Assembly: GCA_964016885.1 (NCBI GenBank)
Contig: OZ024747.1
Coordinates: 31,434,001 to 31,498,000, forward strand
Reading direction: 5' to 3'
DNA length: 64,000 nt
Source of the DNA: Eledone cirrhosa
Taxonomy: Eukaryota
Shown: positions 37,698 to 50,900 of the stretch, piece by piece
Position numbering within the stretch: position 1 is the first letter of the stretch
How the letters are laid out: each line of letters starts with the position of its first letter
The notes under the pieces: model-generated
The model's database searches: none
Told to the model about the DNA's origin: nothing
Seen by the model: the letters and a program-made list of their open reading frames with translations, nothing else
Program-made: the position numbers and the translations under genes

Positions 37698-38005
37698 ACT
37701 CTTTTACCTGTCGCAGCCATCTGGCTGGGGCCATGCTGGGGCACCGCCCTTGTTGCTACACATTTTATCTCCAACCTGCATTGGTTGGCCACTGGTGCAA
37801 GAGGGAGTTTGTTGCTGCTTGCCCTTAAGTTTCCCTCGTGCCTTGCTGTGAGCTTATCTGGGATCCTACATAGCAAGGTGTCGAGATGTTTCTTGAAAAC
37901 ATCCACATCCACACCATACAGATCTCTCAGATCCCTCGGCAGCGTTGAGGGCCCTTGAACCCCAGGCTATTGCAATATCTGCTCCTTATTCTTGATGTGG
38001 AAGAT
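37698..38005 (-). mobile_element. CR1-type LINE 3' fragment
   Basis: LPRDLRDL..VDVFKKHLDTLL..IPD..RASSN; 3' stem-loop and short tail. Confidence 0.65.
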
Positions 38006-38042
38006 ATATATATATTCATATATGTATATATATATATATATA

Positions 38043-38078
<36 letters not shown>

Positions 38079-38239
38079 TATATATATATGAATATTATTC
38101 AAAATATTAATAAATGAAGACATTCACATAATCAAAATATATGTATTATTATATATATTTCGAAGGTACATCGCTATTTCAGAGCACCAATTCTAAATTT
38201 TATATATTTATATAAATATATGCATATATATATATCTTT

Positions 38240-38847
38240 ATCATCATCATTTTACATCCGCTCTCCCCTGCTTGCAAGGGTGGGACGGGAACTGATTCTG
38301 GCTTGATTTCTACAGCTGGATGCCCTTCCTAACACAAACCTCATTTACAGTGAGTGCTGGATGCTTTTTTTCCATGGCACCTCCACATCCACTTTGCAGT
38401 GGAATGATAGGGACCCCAGTCCTTATCATATATATATATATATATGGCGCTACGCAGTAATACAGAAGACCCGCCTTGCCTATGTACAAAGCGAAACCTA
38501 CAGTCAGTAGGCACCTCTTAACCAAATATACACCCCAATCCACTACCCCTATCCTCCCATTCCCACCAACAGCACGAGAAAATGAGATCGAGATCGTGTA
38601 GGTGTCACGACAAAAAACACACACAGTCCACGCTGTAATGTGGCCGTGTAGGTAACACAGTAAAAAGTTCCCAGTTCCACACTGTAAATGTGGTTGGTGT
38701 TAGGAAGGGCATCCAGCCATAGAAAACCTGCCAGATAGTCCTATATGAGTGAAACACGGTCACCCGACCAGCCTTGCATCAAGTGGGACAACTCCCGTCT
38801 AACCCATGCTAGCGTGGAAAATGGACGTTAAATGAAGATGATGATGA

Positions 38848-38850
<3 letters not shown>
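38240..38850. mobile_element. SINE family 2 3' half (38240-38428, -) back-to-back with an RTE family D 3' UTR (38445-38850, +)
   Basis: Similarity to 5968-6160 and 55180-55595. Confidence 0.82.
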
Positions 38851-38892
<42 letters not shown>

Positions 38893-38918
38893 CGTAATAA
38901 ACAATATAGGATAATTAT

Positions 38919-38976
38919 TTCAATTACCACTGATTTCTTGAAAGCAACCAAAATTGCTTTCATTCATCAGAATGAA
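38919..38976 (-). ncRNA. Hammerhead ribozyme next to the inverted repeat 38973-39162
   Basis: Reverse complement: ttcatt CTGATGA a tgaaagcaa ttttgg ttgctttca a GAAA tcagtgg TA attgaa. Confidence 0.72.
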
Positions 38977-40096
38977 AAAAGTGGCTCGAGGTATTAAAAT
39001 AAGTTTCGCGCCAATTCGTGTTGCAAAAATTCTTGTGGTCAAAACAATTTTGATTGGTCGGTAGAGGTCACGTGAATGTTAAAAATTGTTTTGACCACAA
39101 GAATTTTTGCAACACGAATTGAAGTGAAACTTATTTTAATACCTCTGGAGCCACTTTTTTCACATAAAACAGGTAGAATTTCCAAAACTAATCAGATTAG
39201 AGCAAACATCATGGGCGCTCTATCTCAAAATTAATTTTGAAAAGCATTAGAAATGCGCAACCGGTAAAAACTTAAAACCAAAACTGAATACTAACCAATA
39301 CTTATTACTAATTTTTACTTATTCCTAATTAAACTATTTTTCACTGTGAACAATTTGTCAGCATTTTCTTTTCCTTTTACCAATATATCACAACTCGTGT
39401 GTTACACCTCTATTCTTTTAAATATATATATATATATAGAGGATAAGAATATATCGTTAAAGGTAATCCGATAAGAGGTTGTGAAAACTACTTATTATGG
39501 ATAGTTTAAGCGTACGGTGCTGTGTGACTCAACAAGAGGTTAACGTGGATGATGAGTTTATGACTTCACTTGAAGAATAACATGGTCAACAAGTATAAAC
39601 AAAAATACAAAATATATGCATAACGGTAAATTTATAAATTCAAATTACTACATCAATAATAATATTAATAATAAAGATATAGAGAGAAATATTATTAATA
39701 TTATTAGTAATTTGAATTTATAAATTAACCGTTACACATATATTTTGTATTTTTTCTCAGTTCTCTGACGGAATGATGTGGGTTGCATGTATTTTAAATT
39801 GAGTGCCATTAACTTCAATGTTTTGCAATTTTTAGACAACTCGATCATAGAAACAATTGTTAGACTGTAAATAAATGTTCTTGTTTGTAATGTTGACCAT
39901 GTTATTCATCACTTTTTCAATTATATATCTTGAGAAATGATATATATATTTATATATATGAACTGGAGGAATGTGAAATAAAGTGTCTTGCTCAAGGAAA
40001 CAACACATTACCCAGTCAGAGAATTGAACTCCCAACCTTTTGATTGCAAGGCCAATGCTCTAACCATTAAGCCATGTAGCCATGTGCCTCCAAATA

Positions 40097-40183
<87 letters not shown>

Positions 40184-40274
40184 TGTGTTTTTTTATTTAT
40201 TTTTATTTTTTTGGGGGGGGGCAGCCATCATGTATGTATGTATGTATGTATGTATGTATGTATGTATGTATGTA

Positions 40275-40891
40275 TGTCAGTTAGTCAGGTCACCAGTTGG
40301 TGCTACTGGTAACATGTATCCTAGTACAACCTGTCTCATGGTCAGGTCGTTGGTGACTAAACTGGCAACCCCACCAAGGTTTCTTGGTGAGGAGGGTGAC
40401 TTTGGACATCCTGCAGGACTAAAAACAAAACCTGTCAAAGGGCAAAGGAGCTCTTAAGAGTCAATGACCATCCAAAATCACCGGGAGAGATGACCCCTTA
40501 GCCTTTGTCAAGGCAGAATTGTAGGAGAAGGAAAACTCTGATATAACACCTGCAACTGTGATGGTATCCAATGAAGTTGACTTGTTCTTCTTTTTGGTAA
40601 ATATCATCTTGGTTAAGAGAGTGGGACTGGCTTTGTGCAGTGCCTTTGCTCACTATAAAAGCTTCACGGCACAGGCATTGCTTTGTATCTGGAGATCTCT
40701 CTGCACTTGTCATCACATGGTACCATGGGCCCAGCACTATGTGTCAGTAATTGTCACAAGTGTAGTGTTTGTACCAGAATTTTCAAGTCGCTGGCTGGAC
40801 TAAAAAGTCACACTCATTCAGCGCATCAGTAGGGGTTCTCCTACATGGATATAAAGTAGTGGCCGTACTCGAAAACGAGTTGGCAGCCAAC
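40275..40891 (+). mobile_element. Bipartite non-autonomous RTE derivative (5' UTR plus 3' end with a C2H2 remnant); further copies at 52790-52946 and 52996-53400
   Basis: gtaggagaaggaaaactctga RTE 5'-UTR-like motif; [22 protein letters not shown]; terminal hairpin actcgaaaacgagt. Confidence 0.7.
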
Positions 40892-40910
40892 ATATATATA
40901 TATATGTATA

Positions 40911-40999
<89 letters not shown>

Positions 41000-41196
41000 A
41001 TAATAATAAATTTGAAGACTAAAATCCAAAGAGGGCTCGATAAGGATAAATATATATCAAATATATAAGAACCGTAGAGCAAATATTTATTAAAATAACA
41101 GATTAAAGTTTAAGCAAAGAATCGCTGCTTTCAACCTTAACGGGATCTTCTGAGTTTCAGAAGATCCCGTTAAGGGTGATAAATACATACATATTT

Positions 41197-41533
41197 GGAG
41201 GCACATGGCTTAGTGGTTAGAGCATTGGCCTTGCAATTGAAGGGTTGGGAGTTCAATACTCAGACTGGGTAATTTATTGTTTCCTTGTGCAAGACACTTT
41301 ATTTCACATTCCTCCAGTTTACTCAGCTGTATAAATGAGATGATAGGGACTGGGGTACATATCATTCCACTGCAAAGTGGACATGGAGCCACGGCAATAA
41401 AGCACCCAGCACTCACTGTAAATGAGGTTGGTGTTAGGAAGGGCATCCAGCTATAGAAACCAAGCCAGAATCAGTTCCCGTCCCACCCTTGCAAGCAGGG
41501 AAAAAGTGAACGTAAAATGAAATGATGAAATGA
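41197..41533 (+). mobile_element. SINE family 2, full length
   Basis: A/B boxes, CORE-like body, RTE tail. Confidence 0.88.
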
Positions 41534-41570
41534 TTATATATATATATATATATAAATATATATATATATA

Positions 41571-42552
41571 TCGTTTCTGAATTTGTTTAGCAAGATTCTT
41601 TATCTGAAATCGTGTGTTGAAACCGATATTGTTATACTTTGGGAGGGTCATGCTGCCAATAAGAAACACACGCACCAGTTGCTTTCACTTCAATTTATTA
41701 TATATTTACAAATTTATAAATTTACAAATTTACAAACTTATAAATTTCTGGTTGGTTGGTTGGTTCTACAACCAGATAGTTGTGTACATAGGTGAGACAG
41801 CTCGTAGTATAGGGGAACGAATAAATGAACACTGGCGAGACCTCCAAGATAATAAAGAATCATCTGTGCTCTACCAACATGCTAAGATAGAACACAGGGG
41901 TAGATTAGAGAGCATAGAAATAAAAATAGAATCCACACACAGAAAAGACGCAATGTTTAGGCAAATTACAGAGGCAGTAAGCATAAAAGAATTAAAACCA
42001 AAATTAAATAGAAAATATGAGTGGAACAGCAATATCACAACTTACAATTAAGGACAAAATGAAAACACACACACACATAGAACAAACAACTTACAATTAA
42101 GGACAACATGAAAACACACACAAAATGAAAACACACACAGGACAAAATGAAAACACACACACACATAGAACAAACAACCAACCAACAATAAATAAATAAA
42201 TAAATAAACAAATAGATAAATGAACACAAACACACACAGACACCCGGATGTGGCGCATGCGCAAACTGAGCACACAACACACACACAGAAACAAAATGGC
42301 GTAGGATAGAAGAAAGGAAAGGCACAGAAACAAAGAAAGGAATCCCCAGTCACTGAAGAGGTCACAGAGTGTGTGACGAAAGGACTATGACTATATATAT
42401 AAACAACTATCTGGTTGTAGAACCAACCAACCAACCAGAAATTTATAAGTTTGTAAATTTGTAAATTTATAAATTTGTAAATATATAATAAATTGAAGTG
42501 AAAGCAACTGGTGCGTGTGTTTCTTATTGGCAGCATGACCCTCCCAAAGTAT

Positions 42553-42560
<8 letters not shown>
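41571..42560 (+). mobile_element. 5'-truncated PLE (GIY-YIG C-terminus) with an inverted upstream pLTR
   Basis: YIGETARSIGERINEH..H..H..RQITEAVSI..LNRKYEW; 41625-41783 is the reverse complement of 42403-42560. Confidence 0.9.
42348..42392 (+). ncRNA. Minimal hammerhead in a PLE pLTR
   Basis: agtca CTGAAGA g gtcac agagtgt gtgac GAAA ggac TA tgact. Confidence 0.8.
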
Positions 42561-42585
<25 letters not shown>

Positions 42586-42618
42586 AATATATATATATAT
42601 AAATATATATATATAAAT

Positions 42619-42649
<31 letters not shown>

Positions 42650-43056
42650 ATGAAGGAATTGTGCTAAGGAACCAGATGGACCACAACGCACCAGAGTACT
42701 CAATACTTAGGGTAGTAGAGTGGGTAATAGGTAAAAGTATGACCCCGACGGCAGAGCTCAAGCCGTTTCGACGGCTATTTCAAGACTAAATTAGAATTTT
42801 TAGCCTGGTGAATAAATAGCCGAACTTGTCAAGTGGCTATTTATTCACTTGTCATGTTCGGCTGTTTATTCACCAGGCTAAAAATCCTAATTTAGTCCTG
42901 AAATAGCCGTCGAAACGGCTTGAGCTCTGCCGTCGAGATCATACTTTTTCTTATATATATATATATAATCACTATTTTAAAACCGATAGCATATGGTCTT
43001 CAAAATGTTTTTAATTAAGCATACGGTATATTGCCAAAGATACTATACATACATTC

Positions 43057-43099
<43 letters not shown>

Positions 43100-43458
43100 G
43101 TGTATAATGGTAGCTAAGGTGCTTCCATAGGCGATATGCCAAAATTAGCACTCAATATTTATCAGAGTAGAGTGTAGATATAATAAAGAAAACGAAAAAT
43201 CAGTGATGCATCTGAACTTAATTTACTGCGTGTTAAAATTGTTTCTCCGGCAGATAGCTGATTGTACTTCTGCAGGTTCATTCAGACATGAGTATTTCGT
43301 TAGGAGCAAATTTTATCAATGGGGTGTTATCATAAAAAAACACCCTAAACAAAACCTACTTCCACTCTTGTCATGCCATTGGCTGTTTTTACTCCACGTC
43401 ATCACAAGTTCTGGTCAGTATCTACACCCTCAAAAAAAAAAAAATATATATATATATA

Positions 43459-43510
<52 letters not shown>

Positions 43511-43746
43511 AGTATGTATGTATGTATACTTACATACATATATGTATACAGACGTACAGTAGTATGTATATATATATACATACATGCACACATATATATA
43601 TGCACGTATCGGTTTACCGAACATTTATTATAAAGCTCGGTTTGTTTGTAAACAAACAAACAGCCCGAATTACTCCGTGCAGTGTTAATATGCATAAGGA
43701 AAGTATATATTTTCAGACGTTTAACCATCTGGCAGGAAGGTATACA

Positions 43747-43783
43747 ATGCTGACGATAGCTAATAAGCTTGAAACTAGTACAT
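43747..43783 (+). ncRNA. Minimal hammerhead in the spacer of the inverted repeat 43510-43688 / 43826-44000
   Basis: atg CTGACGA t agct aata agct t GAAA ctag TA cat. Confidence 0.78.
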
Positions 43784-45306
43784 CGTTGCTGTGTCAGTGT
43801 TGAACAAAAAGGTGACGTGATTGCCTAAACACTGTACAGCATAATTCAGGCTGTGTGTTTGTTTACAAACAAACCGAGCATTATAATAAATGTTGGGTAA
43901 ACTTGGATACTTGCATATATATATGTGTGCATGTATGTATATATATACATACTACTGTACGTCTGTATGCATATATGTATGTACGTATACATACATACTT
44001 ACATTTAAGTAACAGCCGTACTAAGAGCGAGGAATGAAATTTTGTTTCATTCTATTCCATTTATATATATATACATATATATATATTCATATATATATAT
44101 ATATTCACATCATTATCATCATTTTACGTCCGCTCTTCCCTGCTTGCAAGGGTGGGACACATATATATATATATATTCATATATATATAAAAACACTTAT
44201 ATATATATTCATATATATATATATTTATATATATACACATATATATATTCATACACACACATATATATATATATATATAAATATAAGCATTTATTTCATT
44301 TACATTCAAATAGAAAACTGTAGACAAATTTAGATTTATCTATTGACTACATATTGCGATAAACATATCATTTGTATAAGCAAGTTAGGAAAATAACTGC
44401 TGATTAAGTCAGACCTTTTATCATTATTACCCAACCACAGGAAAATAGTGTCATGGTTTTAGTGTATTTTCCGAAAAGATAAGCTATTTTCACAATTTTA
44501 TTTTACTTTTCTTATAGCAATGATTGGATATCTTTACTTTTCTTTTGACAATTTCAGTTCAGTATCATAATAATCATCATTGAGTCTACGTCCGATTTTT
44601 CTTGTTAGTTCGAGATGAATAGGTTTTTTTTTAACAGAGAGAATAATTCTATGCCCATACTCCATTTCGGATGTCAAATATCTGACTTGTTTTCAAATAA
44701 GGTACTGATCTTTATTCCTTAAATCAGTGAGTTGCAGGGCATAAAGAAATTTCACCACCTGAAATATAAGTGATGACAAACATGCATATATATATACATG
44801 AACTCATGCATATATATATACATAAACTGCTCCCCCGGTCGAGCTGAATTCGTAATCCCATATAAACGGCTGTTATTTCTAGCTATGAGCTAGAATGCAG
44901 GAAGTAACCGTGTGCAAAAGCACATGTATTTAGCATACGATAAACCAGACCTTAGATATTTCTCTGAGGTGAAGTAACTTTAATTTTTCTGGGTGCCTAT
45001 TGAGAATCACAGAAAATTAATTATTTCACAACTAATTAATTATGTCAATATTATACCATCCCTTGTGAAACAGGTTTACGTTTTGAGTTTCAGACTGATC
45101 TACGGAAAAGGTTTGAATTTTGAAATTTAAACTTGTATAGGCACCAGGCCATTGCCGATATACGTCTGTGAGTATAGATATATTATTTTTTAGATCGATA
45201 CAAGCAGACTATATGTATTTGAATTAAGATATTTCATTCTAGCTAATTAATTGTCAATTTACAGTAAAAACACATAAGTGTTGATCATATATTTATTTAT
45301 ATTAAC

Positions 45307-45401
<95 letters not shown>

Positions 45402-45616
45402 CATATATATATATATATATATATACAGGGTGGGGAGGACTCTTGTGTCTAGTAAGACAACCTCTCTAGTGCTGGTGGCACGAATAATGCACCCTGTTCA
45501 CACTGAAATGTAGTTGGTGATATGAAGGGCATCCCGCCAGAAAAACCCTGCCTAATATAATCAGTATGACAGACATATATCCACTATGTTTTGGTATTTG
45601 TTTTGCAAGATTCTAG

Positions 45617-46875
45617 CTGTCAAATCTCTCTCCTCTGCCTCTCCACACAGAGCACTGAACCTGTTCTTCACTTCCACTGTGAACCTCTCCTGTAGCTTAT
45701 CATCTTCCTTGAAAGCTCCCCAGTCTTAGATTGCTCTCCGGGGCTGAGACATTCTCTTTCTTAAGCTCACTCGGACCTCACTCATAAGAAGCCGGTGCTC
45801 ACTGCCCAGTGTACTGAAATAGTTGTATGGTTCTGTGTTCCGCCACTTTTTCCTCACCAGAATGAAATCAATCTGGGACTTGGACAGGTGTATATTTGAG
45901 ATGTAGGTCCACATCTTCCCCGGATTCTTCCTCAACCTTAGGTTGGTAGCCATCAACTTCGCCTCCAGCATGGTGTCTCTCAGTAGTCTTTCATTTCGGT
46001 TGGTGTTGTTATGGAAGTACCAGCATGGATCTTCACTGCCCTCCTTACTCAGATGTGCATTGAAGTCCCCCAGAACAAGCAGAATGTTGTGAGCTTGTGT
46101 GGTGTTGAGAGTCTACACACCACCTCATGGGTCTCCTCCACACTAACATCACTGTCCCCCTTGGTTGGACAATAGGCTGAGATGACTGTCAGTCTTGGGT
46201 TTCCATTGAAGGTCACCCTCAACACTCGTGGGGAGGCAGGTAAGATTTCTCTCACCAATAGATTGGTTTTTGAACTGAAAACAAAATCCAGTCCTCCTAC
46301 TGCAACATTCGTCGTGTTCTTCACTGTTGATGTGGTGATGAGCTGGCTCCTCTTCCCAATCATCACACTCTTCATGAGCTCATCGTGTAGGATCCTGTGT
46401 TCTTGGATTGCAAGTATCTGCATACCACTCTCCTCGAACAGATGACCCAACTCCTCTCTCTTCTCAAGTGACCGAACTATCTTTACATTCAGAGTGCCCA
46501 TTTTAATGGCTCTTCTGCAGGACAAAACTGCATTCTTTATATTTGTCTCAGAGACAGCTGGTCCATTATCCACTGGCCCTCCCTGTGGCTCTAAGCCATC
46601 AAATTGATAACGACCAGACTGTTCCTTGACAGTGTAGTTAGGTGCTCTAACTCTAGTGCTGTTAAAACGACTCTCCATGGTTCTTTTCAGTGTCTGATAA
46701 TACCTTACCGGCACCACTTGAATAAGGTAATTATTTAACCCATAAATGGGGCCCTAACAGGTATTACTACCCCGGGCCAGAGCAGGCTTGGGAGTTATGA
46801 CAACTAACAACATTCCCCACAGCTCCTGAACTCCCGAACTGGAGCCTTGCCACTGGATGTAGTTTAATGTCATTT
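45617..46875 (-). mobile_element. RTE family C 5' portion: 5' UTR plus APE endonuclease, 3'-truncated
   Basis: ORF 46049-46717 GTLNV, LAIQEHR, ISAYCPT; ORF 45726-45971 DFIL, SEH; overlaps 4900-5384. Confidence 0.9.
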
Positions 46876-47222
46876 TGGCAATATCGGTAGAGGGGCGGAC
46901 ATCATGCTTTGACACATAGATTTACGGCCCTTTCCATTCTGAGTTCAAATCCCGCCGAGGTCAACTTTGCCTTTCATCCTTACGGGGTCAATAAAGTAAA
47001 GTACCAGTAATGTACTGGGTAATTGCAGGCCTTGTGCCAAAAGTAGAAACAATTATATATATATAGGATATGGGGGATTGGCAGCATAGTTATGTCCCTT
47101 TATGGTCTGAGTTCAAATCCCGCCGAGGTTAACTTTGCCTTTCATCCTTATGGGGTCGATAAAATAAAGTACCAGTAATGCACTGGGTAATTGCTGGCCT
47201 TGTGCCAAAAGTAGAAACAATT
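46876..47222 (+). mobile_element. Two tandem SINE family 1 copies
   Basis: B box gagttcaaatccc and shared core at about 46940 and about 47110. Confidence 0.88.
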
Positions 47223-47381
47223 ATATATATATATATATATAACCTAATTCATTCAATCTGAAAATATTGAAGAGATAAGACACTTTGCCATTCTTCTCTG
47301 CTAAAATGTACCACTAGAGCTGATTCAAATTTTCCCAGCCAGCCATCCACCTAATCTACGAAGGTATTTTAGCCTACATAT

Positions 47382-47705
47382 TGTCGTTAATATTATGATG
47401 TTCCCTGCTGTATTAGCGTTAAATTTTCCCTGCTGTATTAGCGATAAATTTTCGAGGGTTTCTCTTAGTAGCTTTTTCATGTCGTTAATATTATGATGTT
47501 CCCTGCTGTATTAGCGTTAAATTTTCCCTGCTGTATTAGCGATAAATTTTCGAGGGTTTCTCTTAGTAGCTTTTTTCATGACGTTATTATTGTTAATTTT
47601 ACTGATGTAGTATTAACTTGGATATTTACCATGCGACCCTCAGTTATTATTGTTAATTTTACTGATGTAGTATTAACTTGGATATTTACCATGCGACCCT
47701 CAGTT
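47382..47705 (+). repeat. Two adjacent tandem duplications (98 bp x2 and 60 bp x2) in the putative RTE 5' UTR
   Basis: 47382-47479/47480-47578; 47583-47642/47643-47702. Confidence 0.92.
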
Positions 47706-47954
47706 CCTACCTCACAATTTCCCTCCCCCCCACCCCCGCACACCACCATAGTCTATTCGACCAATCAAACCTAGCATGCCATTTCCACTGCTGCTGCTGC
47801 TACTACCTGCCTAACTAACTCTCTCCTCCTCTGGCGCATCCCAACACACCCTGCCATTACCCCACCACCACTGTCCTTCTAGCCCTCAATTTTCCCACCG
47901 TTATGGATGGATGAGCTGGGAATACACGAGCAACTCTGAATCAATAGATGAAAT

Positions 47955-50900
47955 ATGAATCTGCGAGCTACCAAGCACCCACGTGAAGCGCCAACCCAGA
48001 GACCCTCCCCTACGAGTGTCGACAAATGCCCAAAACTCCGAGTTGGTACCATCAATGTAGGCTCAATGAAAGGAAGAGCAGGAGAAATCGTAGAAATGCT
48101 AGAGCGAAAGGAAGTTGATGTATGCTGTGTGCAAGAGACTAGATGGAGAGGAGGGTCTGCTAGAGTCCTTGTAGGAAAAAGCCAGTGCTACAAATTTTTC
48201 TGGGTGGGAAATGACGATGGGATGGGTGGTGTAGGTATACTATTAGCTGACAAGTGGGTAGATAAAGTAATCTCAGTGTACAGGGTAAATGCAAGAATCA
48301 TTAAACTCAGACTAGTCCTGAATAAGACAATTACCACAATAATATCAGCTTACGCACCCCAATCGGGGCTGCCAGACGAACTTAAGGATAGGTTTTACGA
48401 GTCCCTAATACACACTACTGCTCTAACAGACGACAAGGACTTCCTAATCATTGCAGGAGATTTTAACGGACACGTAGGTAAACACTGCGACGGCTTCAAT
48501 AGAGTACATGGAGGCCATGGAGTTGGCACAAGGAATGAGGAAGGATTCAGACTTCTAGAATTCTGCGACGCCAATGACATGTCGATATGTAACACAAACT
48601 TTAAAAAACCCGACAACCACCTGATCACCTATAGATCAGGGGAGCACTCTAGTCAGTTAGATTTTATCCTCATCAGAGGACGTGACAGATGGACGGTCGT
48701 AAACACAAAAGCCTTCCCTAGTGAGGAATGTACATCCCAACATAGCTTAGTTGTCAGCGACCTCACGGTCAGAACTAGACGAGCCCTGAAACAGAGGCCA
48801 ACCTGGAGAAGAAAGATCTGGAAGCTGAAAGTCCCCTCAACCAGTAACAGATTTAAAGATATTTTACTCAACGCCTACGACAGTAAAGAAGAACAGATAG
48901 AGACATTTAACGTAGAAGAGAACTGGGAGTTCCTAAAAAATAACTTACTAGAGGCGACGGATGAGGTTTGTGGCTGGAGTAAGACCTCAAGCAGGAGGAG
49001 AGTGACTTGGTGGTGGAACAATAAGGTAGATGAGGCAGTCAAGGCCAAGAGACAGGCATGGAAAGAATGGAAGAACGGGGGGAGCAGGGTACATTACATA
49101 GAGACCAAGAGGGAAGCTAGGCGACAAGTATACTTAGCTAGGAGGGAAGCAGAGGATAGAAAATTCAAGCATGTTTTACAACGTGAGGACCAGAAACAGG
49201 AGGTATTCAAGATTGCGAGGCAGTGTGTCAGAGATAGTTGTGATGTCATTGGAGAGAAGTGTATCCGGAATGATAAAGGTGAGCTTGCCCTCACAAGTGC
49301 TGAGAAGAAAGATGCATGGAAGAGTCATTATGATAGATTACTAAATGAGGAGAATGCATGGGAAGAAGAGACCCTACCCCACGTAGACCCTATAGAGGGA
49401 CCAGCAGTACAAGTCAGCGGCAGCGTAGTAAGTAAGGCAATCAGAGATATGAAGATAGGGAAGGCAACCGGTCCATCGGGTATAGCTGCCGAGATGCTGA
49501 AGGCATCTGGGTCTGTAGGTCACACTATAACCACACGTATCGTTAACCAGGTAATACTAGAGGGGGCCATACCAAAAGATTGGTGCAGTAGCATCATTGT
49601 CAACTGCTACAAAGGTAAAGGCGATGCACTAGATAGAGGAAACTATAGAGGTATAAAGTTGATGGACCAGGTCATGAAAGTAACAGAAAGAGTTATAGCA
49701 CAGCTGATTAGGGACCGGGTGAATATAGACGAGATGCAATTTGGGTTTGTTCCAGGGAAAGGCACCACTGATGCGCTCTTCCTTGTGAGGCAATTACAGG
49801 AAAAGTACCTAGCTAAAAGTAAGCCACTCTACTTGGCATTTGTCGACCTTGAGAAAGCCTTTGACAGAGTTCCACGTGCAGTAATCTGGTGGGCTCTTAG
49901 AAAACTAGGAGTAGATGAATGGCTTGTGAAAGCGGTACAAGCCATGTATAGGGGAGCAGTCAGCAAAGTTAGGATTGGCAATGAGTATAGCGAGGAATTT
50001 AGCGTACAGGTTGGGGTCCACCAGGGCTCTGTTCTTAGCCCTCTCCTGTTCATCATAGTCCTGCAGGCAATAACGGAGGAGTTTAAGACCGGATGCCCAT
50101 GGGAACTCCTGTATGCTGATGACCTCGCACTCATAGCTGAATCTATGGTAGAACTAGAGAATAAATTCCAAACCTGGAAGCAGGGACTAGAGAGAAAGGG
50201 CCTCAAAGTCAACATGACAAAGACTAAGGTCCTTATAAGTAGACGAGAAAACAGAACCCAGATCCCCTCAGGGAAATGGCCTTGCTCAGTATGTAGGAAA
50301 GGTGTAGGTAGGAACTCCATTCTTTGCCCCAAATGCAAACAATGGGTACACAAGAGATGTAGCAGGATCTCAGGAAGCTTAATTAAGAATGTAGGATTCA
50401 CATGCAGCAGCTGTGCTGAAACAGCAAGCAAACAGCCACAGGAAACAAGTACCACCAATCTCTGGGAGGGCCCTGTAGAAACAGTAGACAGCTTCTGCTA
50501 CCTAGGTGACCGAATTAGCAACGGAGGTGGGTGCTCAGAAAGTACAATAACTAGGGTAAGAACGGGATGGAAGAAGTTTAGGGAACTACTACCACTGCTA
50601 GCTGCAAAAGGCTTCTCCCTCAGAATGAAAGGCAGACTGTATGATGCGTGTATCCGAACAGCGATGTTGCATGGTAGTGAGACCTGGGCGCTGAAGGTGG
50701 AAGACTTACGTAGATTAGAGAGAAACGAAGCCTGCATGCTCCGATGGATGTGTAACAGTAATATACGTGAACGACAAAGCATAAATGAATTGAGAGAGAG
50801 ACTGAGCATAAGAGGAATCAAATGCTGCGTGCAGGAGAGGCGGTTACGCTGGTATGGACATGTGATGCGTATGAAGGATGACAGCTGCATAAAAAGGTGC

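Noticed and set aside
47382-47705. CRISPR-like array or prokaryotic system
   Set aside because: Head-to-tail duplications without spacers; eukaryotic context and no cas genes
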